Part shown: piece after piece, positions 37,001 to 46,471 of the stretch
How positions within the stretch are numbered: the stretch's first letter is position 1
How the letters are laid out: each line of letters opens with the position of its first letter
IMG/VR virus record: IMGVR_UViG_3300043409_000886
Coordinates: 1 to 61,725 of that record
Strand: one strand, 5' to 3'
Origin: a virus
Lineage: Duplodnaviria; Caudoviricetes
Length of the DNA stretch: 61,725 nucleotides
The notes under the pieces: model-generated
Databases searched by the model: none
Told to the model about the DNA's origin: nothing
What the model saw: the letters and a program-made list of their open reading frames with translations, nothing else
Position numbers and translations under genes: made by a program

Positions 37001-37624
37001 TTACGGCTCCTGAATACTGGTGTTGCGGTCTATGCCGCGGCTTGCGTTCTCGCCCTTGAGCGCGGCCATGGAGGTGTCGTAATACTGCTTCCAGACGCCA
37101 ATCTTGTCTAGCGACTTCAGGAAGCCCTGAGCCTGCAGGAGGGTGCCAAAGAGCAGCGCCTGCGGCGCCTCCCGCGTGATGAGGTTTTCTTGGTTCTCCG
37201 CGTCGAGGGGCTGTATGCGGCTGTAGTAAGTTGCCTGCACCGTGTAGGCCGCGTCGGGTATGGGGGCGAATGACCAGTGGTTGTAGTCAAAGTCGGCGTA
37301 GTATTTCGGCTGACCCTGCGGCGTCTCGCCTTGATACATTGCAACGTAGTCCTGCGATCGGTGCATCACGGGGGCACCGTTGATGCTCATGGATACGGTC
37401 TTCCTCCAGCGCGCGGGCTTCTCCAGTGTGGCACCCTGCGTCCCAGATATGAGGGTCGTGTTGACGGGGGAGAGCTCCCAGAGGGTCTTGACCTGAGAGG
37501 CTATCTCCTGCTCCGCCAGCATGATGAGTCGCGGTATCTGGTCGAGGAAGGAGGCGTCGTTCCGCTCCGAGTAAGTTATAACGTCCGTGACCAGACTGTC
37601 ATACGTCATTGCCTGTGCGGTCAT
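37001..37624 (-). CDS. Head-tail adaptor (tubular A-like)
   Basis: MTYDSL...IPRLIMLAE, G.PKYYA, AP.PD..Y, AP..LL.G.L. Confidence 0.7.
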   Translation of the reverse strand: MTAQAMTYDSLVTDVITYSERNDASFLDQIPRLIMLAEQEIASQVKTLWELSPVNTTLISGTQGATLEKPARWRKTVSMSINGAPVMHRSQDYVAMYQGETPQGQPKYYADFDYNHWSFAPIPDAAYTVQATYYSRIQPLDAENQENLITREAPQALLFGTLLQAQGFLKSLDKIGVWKQYYDTSMAALKGENASRGIDRNTSIQEP

Positions 37625-37626
37625 GG

Positions 37627-38682
37627 TTACCTCGTGTAGTACGAAATGTTAGGTGTCAGGTAGATCGGGGACTTGTCGCGCTCCTCGTCCTCGGCCTGAC
37701 GCAGCCACTTCTCGGCCTGACCCTCGAGATACGTGATGCGGGCGAGGTCCACGCCGGGCAGCTGCAGCGCCACCTTGTGGGAGAGCTGTGCCTGTATGGC
37801 GGGGAGCCACCTGTTGGGCGCGTAGAGGCTGTCGGTGAGCGTCCCCACGTCCTGCAGCTGGGTCTCTATGACGAGCTGGAAGACTTGGAAGTCGTTGTCG
37901 GGGATTGGCCAGAGGTACATCTGTGGCACGATCTGGCGGTCCATCCAGTACTGCAGGGAGCGTTGGCTCGTGAACTGCTTGTTGGGTAGGTTCCAGTAGT
38001 CGTCCCGGTTCAGCCGCGCCAGCGGGATGTCCTGCTGCGTGTAGGAGAACGAAATCTGGCGCAGTGAGAACGTGGTGGCGACCGTCTCACGGAGCCGGTA
38101 GTAGATGTGCTCGGGGGTGGGGTCGACCTGAAAGTAGTACCACTCCTTGTCCGCGAGGGTAACCGCTGGGAGTGTCTGCCGCACCACCCACGTCACGCCG
38201 TCCTCGCTGGTCTCAAAGACGAAGTTGTACGTCGCCGCGCCGTACGAGTTAAAGCCCGCCTGAATGATTCGTTGCCCCGCGCCGTAGGCCGCGCCGAACC
38301 AGTTGTTCGGGGCGGTGGAGGTGGCGTAGTTGTCGAGGGTCTGGCTGAAGAGGTTCACCGCGTTGACGTTGCTTGTGGGCAGCGCGGAGCTGATCTGGGG
38401 CGTGATGATGTAGCGCCAGTTCGCCTCACGGACGTCTATCGTGCCCTCGGGGAGTGTCAGGACGGACTGGTTGGTCTGCGTCCCCAAGAGGATGCTCTTC
38501 AGCATCCAGAGGTTCACGCCCCGGTTGGAGGCGTTCTGGAGTATGTAGAAGAGTGCCTGCCGCGCCCCGTTGACGTACTGGGGTGTCTGCTCCTCCGCCG
38601 CCTTCCCGGACTCGCGGAAGGCAAACTCGATGAGCTGCGCGACCGTTATCTTGGTCTGGTTGATTGTCCCCGAGTACGCCAT
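37627..38682 (-). CDS. Virion structural protein (adaptor-like with inserted domain)
   Basis: NRGVNLW, RDDY.NLPNK, LWPIP motifs. Confidence 0.65.
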   Translation of the reverse strand: MAYSGTINQTKITVAQLIEFAFRESGKAAEEQTPQYVNGARQALFYILQNASNRGVNLWMLKSILLGTQTNQSVLTLPEGTIDVREANWRYIITPQISSALPTSNVNAVNLFSQTLDNYATSTAPNNWFGAAYGAGQRIIQAGFNSYGAATYNFVFETSEDGVTWVVRQTLPAVTLADKEWYYFQVDPTPEHIYYRLRETVATTFSLRQISFSYTQQDIPLARLNRDDYWNLPNKQFTSQRSLQYWMDRQIVPQMYLWPIPDNDFQVFQLVIETQLQDVGTLTDSLYAPNRWLPAIQAQLSHKVALQLPGVDLARITYLEGQAEKWLRQAEDEERDKSPIYLTPNISYYTR

Positions 38683-38685
38683 CTT

Positions 38686-38853
38686 CTATCGACCCCTTCC
38701 AGCGGCTTTTCTTTCCGGCAGCTTCCCCTTGGCGGGGCCAGCTTTGACGAACTCCTTGCCGACCTTTTGCTTGATCCCGACCTTCTTGGCAAACTCCGGG
38801 GAGTGCGCAACGCCCTGCATCAGGCGCTGCTGTGCCTTAGACTGGATGGGCAC
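38686..38853 (-). CDS. Small basic protein (55 aa, not in ORF track)
   Basis: GTG start: MPIQSKAQQRLMQGVAHSPEFAKKVGIKQKVGKEFVKA... Confidence 0.7.
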   Translation of the reverse strand: MPIQSKAQQRLMQGVAHSPEFAKKVGIKQKVGKEFVKAGPAKGKLPERKAAGRGR

Positions 38854-38854
38854 T

Positions 38855-40021
38855 TTAGAACCCTGTGCGGTAGGGGCTGATAAGACCCTGCTGCTGGGGC
38901 TGCATTGCGCCGGGTGCTGGTGTCATGCCCGGCTGGGGTATGATGCCCGTGGCCGCCGCGCCCATCCCACCGGAGGGCTGCGCGGGTCCCATGCCGCCCA
39001 TGGGGATCGCGCCGCCGTCGGCGAAGCCTGCGGGGCGCTGTGGTGCCATTGAGGGCGCCGCTGGGGGCATGCCCGGGCGCTGCATCTGTTGCTTCCTTGC
39101 CATCAACTTGGCGAGGATCGCGCGCTCCGCGGGGGAGATGGTGCCCATGCCGGACATGCCGTTGTTGGCGTCCTGCGAGTCGGGGTAGGTCATCGCGTTG
39201 CCGTAGGCGTTGCCCGAGGCGCGCTGCTGATATGCGTCCTGCACCTGCTGCATCATCTCGGGGGTCATGCTGCCGCCCTCGGCGAAATTGTATTGGCTCA
39301 TATCCTTTTGGGTCGTGTTCTCCCCCTCGCCGGTGTTTATAGACTGCGGCTTCGAGTAGGCCTCGCCGCGCTTTGCGGCCGCCGCGGCCTGAATCGCCTC
39401 GTGCTGCGCGTCGGTGCTGCCGGCGCGTCGTTTGCCGCTAAATGAATTTAAATAGTCCCGCAGGTTGCTGTAGCCGGAGGCTTGCCGACTCTCTAGCGAC
39501 ATCGCGCCCGGGCGCCCGCCGGCGGCGAACGAGGGCGTCTCCTTGCCCTTGACCGCGGCCTTGGAGGGGGCGTCGGCCTTCTTGTCGCCCGTGGGCTTGA
39601 CCTTGGTCATCCCGCCGGCCTTGAGCTTCACCGCCGCGGAGGGGGCGCAGGCCTTCTTGTCGCCCGTGGGCTTGACCTTGACCATCCCGCCGTCCTTGAA
39701 CTTCATCGCCGCCGAGGGGGCACAGGCCTTCTTGTCGCCCGTGGGCTTGACCTTGGTCATCCCGCCGTCCTTGAACATGTTGACGGTGCCCTTCTCCTTC
39801 TTGGCGCGGCCACCCCGGCGCAGCTTGGAGAGGTCTGTCTTGGCGCCCTCGTGGGACTGCTTGTCGTGCATCGAGAAGGCCTTCTTGACGATCTTCTTGT
39901 CCTGAGCCACGTCCTGCGAGCTCTCGGAGGTCTCGCTGTGGCGGCTCTTATACACCGACCCACCCTCCTTGTAGCAGTTAATGTCGGACTTCATCTTGGG
40001 AAGGCAGTTAAATTCTTTCAT
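38855..40021 (-). CDS. Low-complexity virion protein with three 21-aa repeats and multiple xxxGG motifs
   Basis: (FKDGGMTKVKPTGDKKACAPSAA)x3; GAGG RBS. Confidence 0.7.
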   Translation of the reverse strand: MKEFNCLPKMKSDINCYKEGGSVYKSRHSETSESSQDVAQDKKIVKKAFSMHDKQSHEGAKTDLSKLRRGGRAKKEKGTVNMFKDGGMTKVKPTGDKKACAPSAAMKFKDGGMVKVKPTGDKKACAPSAAVKLKAGGMTKVKPTGDKKADAPSKAAVKGKETPSFAAGGRPGAMSLESRQASGYSNLRDYLNSFSGKRRAGSTDAQHEAIQAAAAAKRGEAYSKPQSINTGEGENTTQKDMSQYNFAEGGSMTPEMMQQVQDAYQQRASGNAYGNAMTYPDSQDANNGMSGMGTISPAERAILAKLMARKQQMQRPGMPPAAPSMAPQRPAGFADGGAIPMGGMGPAQPSGGMGAAATGIIPQPGMTPAPGAMQPQQQGLISPYRTGF

Positions 40022-40076
40022 GGTAACCTCGAGGTTAGTGTTTGTCGGATCGCGGAGTGGCCTACTCCTATAACCA

Positions 40077-40104
40077 CTTATGCAAAAAACGGGGTGTTTT
40101 CGCC
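40077..40104 (-). promoter_or_regulatory. Phage promoter class GGCG-N18-YATAAG
   Basis: GGGGCG-N18-CATAAGT. Confidence 0.7.
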
Positions 40105-40105
40105 C

Positions 40106-40633
40106 CTACTTTGTAAGAAAGAGTGCCACCTCCCGGTGCCGGCGCTTAGTCAACGCCTTGGGCTTGACCCAGCGCAGGAACGCCCGCCCGGCGCCCGCCT
40201 CGTCCCCCAGATTCATCCTGCGGACGACCTCGGAGCCCTTGAACCTATCCTCCCCGATGTTGAAGCACAGGGAGGCCATGGCGTCGAACTGGTTCTGGGT
40301 GTACGGCACCCAGAGGGCGTCCGATATGGCCACCTCACACCGCCCCAAGTCTTGGAGGAACAGCTGCAGCACCTCGGAGTCGCTCAGGTGCGCCCTCAGG
40401 AGGCTCCTCTCGCCCTTCTTGATGCGGTGCCCCACCCCGGTCGTCCAGTGCCCCCGTACGTCCCGGTAGGCGCTGTTTCGGAAGCCCTCGAGGCGGGTTA
40501 TGAACTCTATGGTTGTGGGCTGGGTGCTGGCCCTAGTTGGCGGCGCCTCGGGGGGTTCCGTGGAACCAATGAACATCGAGGACAGCACAAATCCAATGAT
40601 GAGTACAGTTAGACCGGGCTTGAGCACGGGCAC
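40106..40633 (-). CDS. GH24 lysozyme with N-terminal hydrophobic (SAR-like) segment
   Basis: Catalytic E-x8-D-x5-T (EGFRNSAYRDVRGHWT), QNQFDAMASLCFNIG, RRHREVALF. Confidence 0.9.
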   Translation of the reverse strand: MPVLKPGLTVLIIGFVLSSMFIGSTEPPEAPPTRASTQPTTIEFITRLEGFRNSAYRDVRGHWTTGVGHRIKKGERSLLRAHLSDSEVLQLFLQDLGRCEVAISDALWVPYTQNQFDAMASLCFNIGEDRFKGSEVVRRMNLGDEAGAGRAFLRWVKPKALTKRRHREVALFLTK

Positions 40634-40681
40634 CTCCTACGTAACCTTCACCCGACACTAATACAAAGTCGGCGCCAGAAG

Positions 40682-41128
40682 TCAAGCGCCGTACTTCCTC
40701 GTCCCGGCTCGGTCAATAATTAGTGCGCTTCGCCTCGGCGCGTCACTCAGGGTGTTTGGCACTGAGATGTGGGTCCACCCACCACCTTGGGGGGTCGCAA
40801 ACTCGCGTATGACCTGATCGAAGGGGAGGTTGGAGTCAACCACACGCCGCACCACCTCGTCCGGGGTCATTCCGGGTACGCGGAGGTCTGCGGCGCAGCC
40901 CAGCCTGTGCTGGCTGGTGTCCTTGGAGCCCACCACGTCATTGACGGCCTTGGAGCGATAGGCTGAGGTGATTATAACTGGCTTGCCCCCGAGCAGGGTC
41001 TTGAGTTCCTCCAGCAGTACGGCGAGGCGCCTGAGGTTGAGCAGCGCCCGCTCGTCGGGGGTGTTGTCGAGGGTGCGGTGGCTGGTGCAGGTCAGCTCGG
41101 CGTAGCTGAAGTGCTCACTGAGCTGCAT
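40682..41128 (-). CDS. Peptidase M15 family endolysin
   Basis: LSEHFS..EL, ITSAYRS..VN..VGS...SQHRLGCAAD, WTHIS. Confidence 0.88.
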   Translation of the reverse strand: MQLSEHFSYAELTCTSHRTLDNTPDERALLNLRRLAVLLEELKTLLGGKPVIITSAYRSKAVNDVVGSKDTSQHRLGCAADLRVPGMTPDEVVRRVVDSNLPFDQVIREFATPQGGGWTHISVPNTLSDAPRRSALIIDRAGTRKYGA

Positions 41129-41559
41129 TACCTGTTGCCCTCAGCGCCTTTGATTTTCTCCACCGTCCTGTATCCACCAAGTCCCAACATCCCGAACAGC
41201 ACCGTCATCAGCGTGTCCATCTCTAACTGGGGAGGCAGCGTCCAGCCAAACAGGTTCTGCATTATCCAGCCTAGTATCGGTCGTGCAATCACTTGGTAAA
41301 ACAGGCCACCCGCACAAGTCCAGCCAACCGCAGGTCGCCATCCAGATACAAACCAGTTAGAGTTTTTAGCTTCCTCAAGGTTAGTTTGAATCTGTAACTT
41401 AGCTAAGTCAGTAGCCGAGGCAAGTTTTGCAAGTTCGCCCGTTTGCTCCATACGAGCAAGTTCTAATTCGGCGGCAGCTTTTTGTGCTGGATCGGGGAGG
41501 AAACGCTCAATCAACCCTTTACCAAAATCAATCGCCCCTTTCAAAAGGAGTGGGTTCAT
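41128..41559 (-). CDS. Holin (3TM GTA-type, DUF3154-like)
   Basis: PDP..KA.A.LEL, FVSGWRPAVGW.C, GMLGLGGYRT.EK. Confidence 0.8.
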   Translation of the reverse strand: MNPLLLKGAIDFGKGLIERFLPDPAQKAAAELELARMEQTGELAKLASATDLAKLQIQTNLEEAKNSNWFVSGWRPAVGWTCAGGLFYQVIARPILGWIMQNLFGWTLPPQLEMDTLMTVLFGMLGLGGYRTVEKIKGAEGNR

Positions 41560-41801
41560 TGATTTTCTTTCCGGTCTGCCTTCCCGTCTAGCCTCTCAAA
41601 TATCTTAGCCAGCATCGACTTGATATCACGGATGTCTTCGCGGTAATCACTACGTGCAACATAGGCCGTGGGAAGGTCTTCGCGTAATGTAGCTAGGTCA
41701 GCCTTTAACTCCTTAACAGCAGACCAGAGTTCACGCGCAAACCATCCGAGGACAGTAAAGCCCCCGCCAAGTAGCGCGTTAATCAGGTCTTGGTTATTCA
41801 T
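41556..41801 (-). CDS. Small membrane-anchored coiled-coil protein (lysis-associated?)
   Basis: N-terminal TM helix; LP..YV.R.DY...IF..LD.KAD. Confidence 0.7.
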   Translation of the reverse strand: MNNQDLINALLGGGFTVLGWFARELWSAVKELKADLATLREDLPTAYVARSDYREDIRDIKSMLAKIFERLDGKADRKENQ

Positions 41802-42154
41802 GCCATCTCAACCCAAGCCAATGTTGCTTCATCCCATGTGTACCGTTTGCCATCTACGGGCATTGGAGTCGGCGCAGTCCACTGGCAAGTCTGCTCAACC
41901 AGCGTCCAGCTTGGGAAGGGTTGCGGCGGGATAAAGGCATCGCGTCCAGCATCAAAGGTAAATCCGATACCGGCGTAATTCTTACGCTTATTCCCGTTGT
42001 AGGAAGTCTGCTTCCACTCCCCACCCAAGAGCCGCTCACAGAACGCAGCGCCGAGGTACTCCTTCTCAACGCCTTGGGAGTCAGCCGTGTCCGTGTTCGA
42101 TACGACGATGACCTGAGTAACTACACCGTTTTCTACTCTAGCAAAATGTGCCAT
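41798..42154 (-). CDS. Tail-fibre-associated protein
   Basis: MAHFA, WKQTSYN...RKNYAGIG..FD..RDAFIPPQPFPSW.L. Confidence 0.7.
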   Translation of the reverse strand: MAHFARVENGVVTQVIVVSNTDTADSQGVEKEYLGAAFCERLLGGEWKQTSYNGNKRKNYAGIGFTFDAGRDAFIPPQPFPSWTLVEQTCQWTAPTPMPVDGKRYTWDEATLAWVEMA

Positions 42155-42164
42155 GTTTATCCCT

Positions 42165-43835
42165 TTACCATGTGATTATTACGATACCTGAACCGCCAGC
42201 GCCAGTTGTAGGACTGCCGTTAGAAGCGCCGCCACCGCCGCCGCCTGTGTTACTTGTACCGCTAGTTCCGCTTCCTGATGTTCCGGTTGAGCCAGCACCG
42301 CCACCACCTGTACCACCAGCGCCACCTACGCCATAAATGTCAGAACTTCCTCCACCACCACCCGCATAGGTGACCGAGGAACCAGAGAGGCTATTTGCAG
42401 TACCTGTGCCGCCAGCACCACCTTGGTTTAATGTTCCATTAACGCCTACCGCGCCAGCACCGCCGCCGCCACTACCTACGTTGTTCCCGCCACTCTGGAA
42501 ACCCGTACCACCATTGTTACCCTGACCAGATGTAGCTGTCCCACCGGTATAGGTCTTGCCACCGCCACCACCACCTGATCCACCGTTACCACCGTTTGCG
42601 TTACCAGATGTACCACCACCCCCACCGCCACCGCCATCAGAGGTTATTGACGAGAATACAGAGTTACTACCAACATTACCCAATCCAGCAGTAGTCCTTG
42701 CCGCACCACCCGCACCTACTGTGATTGTGTATGCAGTTCCCGGCGTTACAGACAACCCAGTAGAAGTCCTAAAGCCTCCTGCACCAGCGCCGCCACCAAC
42801 ACCTGAAGAAAAGCCTTCGATGCCACCCCCACCACCACCAGCAACGACAAGGTAGTTCACACTCGTCACGCCAGTCGGAGCAGTCCAGATACCCGAGGAG
42901 TTGAATATCGCCATCCTACTGGGCGAGAGGTAGGAGATGATTACTATGCCTGAACCGCCTGTACCGCCAAAATAACTACCATCGCCACCACCGCCACCGC
43001 CCGTGTTGGCGGTTCCATTTGCGCCACCAGAACCAATACCTTCTGGGCCACAACCACCAGTACCACCTCCACCTGCCCCGCCAGCACCGCCTGTTCCGCC
43101 AGTTGGGTTACCAGTACCGCCACCGCCGCCGCCAGCATAAGTTACAGAAGCGCCAGAAATGCTACTAGCTGTTCCTGCGCCACCTGCGGCTCCTACGATA
43201 CCGTTTGCGTTTGAGCCAACTGCGGTTGCGCCACCACCGCCACCGCCAGTACGGAAATTAGATGGATCATAGTTACCGCTACCGCCAGCGTTACCTTGTC
43301 CTGAAGTTCCTGTCCCGCCAGCGCGATCAGAGTTGCCCCCGCCGCCGCCACCACCTGAACCGCCATTGCCACCGGGGTTGCCAACACCGGAATTATTTAA
43401 TGCCCCACCGTAGCCGCCTCCGGTAGAAGTAATAGAACTAAATACAGAATTAGAACCGGCGACTCCGTTACTATTAGTAGAATAAGCCCCACCCGCACCA
43501 CCAGCACCTACTGTTACCGTGTATGAAGTTCCCGGCGTGACAGCTAATCCAGTAGCGGTTCTAAAGCCACCAGCACCGCCGCCACCGCCGCGAGACCCGC
43601 CACCACCACCGCCACCCGCTACGACAAGATAGTCAACGCTCGTAACACCCGTAGGGGCTGTCCACGATCCCGAGGCGGTGAATTGCTGGATGATGCGAAA
43701 GCCCGGAACAGGCCAAAGACTTGCCGCTTGGTACGCAGCCTGTTGTTGTAGCGTCCAGATACCATTGGCTACGCCTAATACCCCGCCAGTTGGTGTGGTA
43801 GGGCTTTTGGTGATGATCTTGCCGATGTAATCCAT
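42165..43835 (-). CDS. Glycine-rich tail fibre/receptor-binding protein (two modules)
   Basis: Repeated WTAPTGVTSV.YLVVAGGGGGG...GGSGIVII. Confidence 0.75.
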   Translation of the reverse strand: MDYIGKIITKSPTTPTGGVLGVANGIWTLQQQAAYQAASLWPVPGFRIIQQFTASGSWTAPTGVTSVDYLVVAGGGGGGGSRGGGGGAGGFRTATGLAVTPGTSYTVTVGAGGAGGAYSTNSNGVAGSNSVFSSITSTGGGYGGALNNSGVGNPGGNGGSGGGGGGGNSDRAGGTGTSGQGNAGGSGNYDPSNFRTGGGGGGATAVGSNANGIVGAAGGAGTASSISGASVTYAGGGGGGTGNPTGGTGGAGGAGGGGTGGCGPEGIGSGGANGTANTGGGGGGDGSYFGGTGGSGIVIISYLSPSRMAIFNSSGIWTAPTGVTSVNYLVVAGGGGGGIEGFSSGVGGGAGAGGFRTSTGLSVTPGTAYTITVGAGGAARTTAGLGNVGSNSVFSSITSDGGGGGGGGTSGNANGGNGGSGGGGGGKTYTGGTATSGQGNNGGTGFQSGGNNVGSGGGGAGAVGVNGTLNQGGAGGTGTANSLSGSSVTYAGGGGGSSDIYGVGGAGGTGGGGAGSTGTSGSGTSGTSNTGGGGGGASNGSPTTGAGGSGIVIITW

Positions 43836-43848
43836 TACGTCTCAGCCT

Positions 43849-45588
43849 TCAAAATGTAATGCTCCCAGTGCCAGTCCATGTGTAAGTCCTGTAGCCGCCA
43901 GACACTACGATGGATGGTGAGCCTGTCGTGGAGGTTGCTGCGGGGTAGGAATCGGCGTAACGGACTATCGCTATGCCTGAACCGCCTGAACCGCCTGTGG
44001 GGTTGCTGTATGAAACCGTGTTGCTACCACCGCCACCGCCACCCGTGTTAGCCGTTGCCGCGTTACCAGACCCACTAGCTACGCCGTTTGCACCGCCGCC
44101 CGTACCGCCAGCACCTTGAGTGCCGCTACCCGCAGCCGCGCCGCCGCCGCCGCCGTAATAAGTACCAGCAAAGGAGCGACCTATGCCGCCATCACCCGCA
44201 ACTGAAATATTACCTGCCATACCTACCGCTCCAGCACCGCCGCCACCTCCGGGGTTATTTGTACCGCTAACCGCGTAGCTAGTCCCCCCGTTATAACCCT
44301 GTACTGGAGAAGTTGATGGCGTGTTACCTGATCCGGGCAAACCACCGCTAAAAGTTCCAATGCGTAACGGGTTATCTCCACCGCCAGACCCCCCGCTACC
44401 GGCAGGGCTTCCATCAGCTTGTTGGTAAGAAGCCCCACCCCCGCCACCAGCAGATTCTATCTTTGCTCCGCCACCCGCAGCGCCTGTGTTCCAGCTAGAT
44501 ACGCCGCCACTTACACCAACAGCGTAGGCATACCCACCAGCGCCACCGTTACCAACCGTAACCGTGTAGGAAGTGCCAAGGGTTATAGCGTAATCTGTTG
44601 CCGTCCTGTATCCACCAGCGCCACCGCCACCGCCGTAGAACTGCCCACCGCCACCACCGCCACCCGCTACAACAAGGTACTCGATGGCAGTAAGAGGGGG
44701 AGAGGGCCAACTACTAGCCGCCTGATAGACAAGCTGGGAGATGAGTGTCCAGATTCCGGGTGCGCTAGACGTAGTAGCCAAAGGCGTAAGGTACTTAATA
44801 ATGACGATACCTGAACCGCCAGTAGCAGCAGCGCCGCTATTCCCACCACCGCCACCACCACCACCCGTGTTTGCTGTTCCCGCCGTAGCTGGAGTAGCAT
44901 CAGAACTACCAGCACCGCCACCAAAAGATGCGGTTCCGTTAGTCATATCGTATGACCCACCGCCGCCGCCGCCAGCATACTGCGTAGATGCACCTGAGAT
45001 TGAAGAAGATAAGCCAGCGCCGCCGTTACCAGCAGCATTTGATGCCGCCGCAGTTCCAGCCGCACCCGCACCGCCACCACCGCCACCTTGCCTACCAGCA
45101 GTAGTTCCACCGTCAGGGCCACCAGTACCACCCGCATTACCTTGGCCTGATGGCGAAGCTGCACCACCAGCGCCGTTATTCCCTCCACTCCCTGCGCTAC
45201 CACCACCGCCAGAACCACCGGATACTCCTGCTACCAAACCGTAAGAACCACCACCGCCACCACCTGTTGAGGTTATGGACGAAAATACAGAATTGTTTCC
45301 AGCCGTTCCTGTACTGCCATTGCTAGTGCTTCCTGCACCACCAGCGCCAACGGTTACGGTGTAAGAGGTTCCGGGGGTTACAGAAAATGCAGTAGCTGTT
45401 CTATATCCACCAGCACCGCCGCCACCGCCGTTACTTTTACCCCCACCACCACCGCCAGCAACAACAAGGTACTCCACCTGCGTAACGCCAGCAGGAGCCG
45501 TCCACGAAGTTGTACCAGAGGCGGTAAAGGTCGTAGCAGTAAATTGCGCGGCTAGTTTAAAACCGGCAGGGAAGCCGTGGATTGCCAT
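43849..45588 (-). CDS. Glycine-rich tail fibre/receptor-binding protein (two modules)
   Basis: Same module as the adjacent gene. Confidence 0.75.
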   Translation of the reverse strand: MAIHGFPAGFKLAAQFTATTFTASGTTSWTAPAGVTQVEYLVVAGGGGGGKSNGGGGGAGGYRTATAFSVTPGTSYTVTVGAGGAGSTSNGSTGTAGNNSVFSSITSTGGGGGGSYGLVAGVSGGSGGGGSAGSGGNNGAGGAASPSGQGNAGGTGGPDGGTTAGRQGGGGGGAGAAGTAAASNAAGNGGAGLSSSISGASTQYAGGGGGGSYDMTNGTASFGGGAGSSDATPATAGTANTGGGGGGGGNSGAAATGGSGIVIIKYLTPLATTSSAPGIWTLISQLVYQAASSWPSPPLTAIEYLVVAGGGGGGGQFYGGGGGAGGYRTATDYAITLGTSYTVTVGNGGAGGYAYAVGVSGGVSSWNTGAAGGGAKIESAGGGGGASYQQADGSPAGSGGSGGGDNPLRIGTFSGGLPGSGNTPSTSPVQGYNGGTSYAVSGTNNPGGGGGAGAVGMAGNISVAGDGGIGRSFAGTYYGGGGGAAAGSGTQGAGGTGGGANGVASGSGNAATANTGGGGGGSNTVSYSNPTGGSGGSGIAIVRYADSYPAATSTTGSPSIVVSGGYRTYTWTGTGSITF

Positions 45589-45990
45589 TTAGGTGATTAC
45601 TTCAAAGGAGGCTACATAGGTCAGCGCACTTCCCGTTCCTGAAGTCACACCAACAGACTGGTTCTCCGTCACATAGAACGAAGTGGTCTTGTCCGTAACA
45701 ATCAGTGAGGCATTAGCAGGTACGCTGATCTGGTAGGCGATGTAATAAGCCGTTCCACTTGCAAAGGTCGCGTTGTTTGCTATGGCAACCGAAGCTGCTG
45801 CCGCCGAGCCTGTAGTGTTCGACACAACGATGCTGTCGATCTTATTTACGCTACCAGAAGCTGGAGTCAGACCAGTCAGAGCAGTCGTACCGTTGTGCGT
45901 CCAAGTTGCTACAGCACTTGTGCCAGACGGCAGAACATACGCCGTGTTGCCGTTGATATTTGTTACGTTGACAATATTAGGGTTTGCCAT
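45589..45990 (-). CDS. Tail-associated structural protein
   Basis: MANPNIVNVT; ISVPANASLIV; AAGGAG RBS. Confidence 0.7.
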   Translation of the reverse strand: MANPNIVNVTNINGNTAYVLPSGTSAVATWTHNGTTALTGLTPASGSVNKIDSIVVSNTTGSAAAASVAIANNATFASGTAYYIAYQISVPANASLIVTDKTTSFYVTENQSVGVTSGTGSALTYVASFEVIT

Positions 45991-45999
45991 GACTGCTCC

Positions 46000-46470
46000 T
46001 TAGAATCCGAAGATCATCGCCATAGCGATAGATTTGCCTGTTGAGATGCCCGTGTTTGCCACCCAAGTAGGGGCAGACGCCGCGCCGTTTGTCTGGAGAA
46101 CATAACCAGACGTTGATGCTGCCAATTTAGTAAATGCTGTTGTACCTGAGGCGTAGATGATATCGCCCACGGTGTACGAGGCGAACCCAGTCCCGCCGTT
46201 CGCAGCAACTAGCGTCCCAGCAACAGTCACCGCCCCGCTCGTTGCGGTGGATGGCGTCAAGCCTGTCGAGCCAAAGGTAATCGTCGTGACAGGGGCCGTG
46301 ACTGCATTGGACGCCAGCAGCTTCACAGTCCCCGCAGCGTTCTTGAAGTAAAGTTTCTCGTCAGTAGTATTGAGCGCCAACTCACCCGCGACAAGGTTCC
46401 CTGAAGTGGGGACCGCCGCAGCGGTTGGGCTGTAGTACAGCGAGATAGGCGTGTAGTTTGTTTGTGCCAT
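46000..46470 (-). CDS. Tail fibre protein
   Basis: GELALNTTDEKLYFKN; C-terminal TGKSIAMAMIFG. Confidence 0.7.
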   Translation of the reverse strand: MAQTNYTPISLYYSPTAAAVPTSGNLVAGELALNTTDEKLYFKNAAGTVKLLASNAVTAPVTTITFGSTGLTPSTATSGAVTVAGTLVAANGGTGFASYTVGDIIYASGTTAFTKLAASTSGYVLQTNGAASAPTWVANTGISTGKSIAMAMIFGF

Positions 46471-46471
46471 T

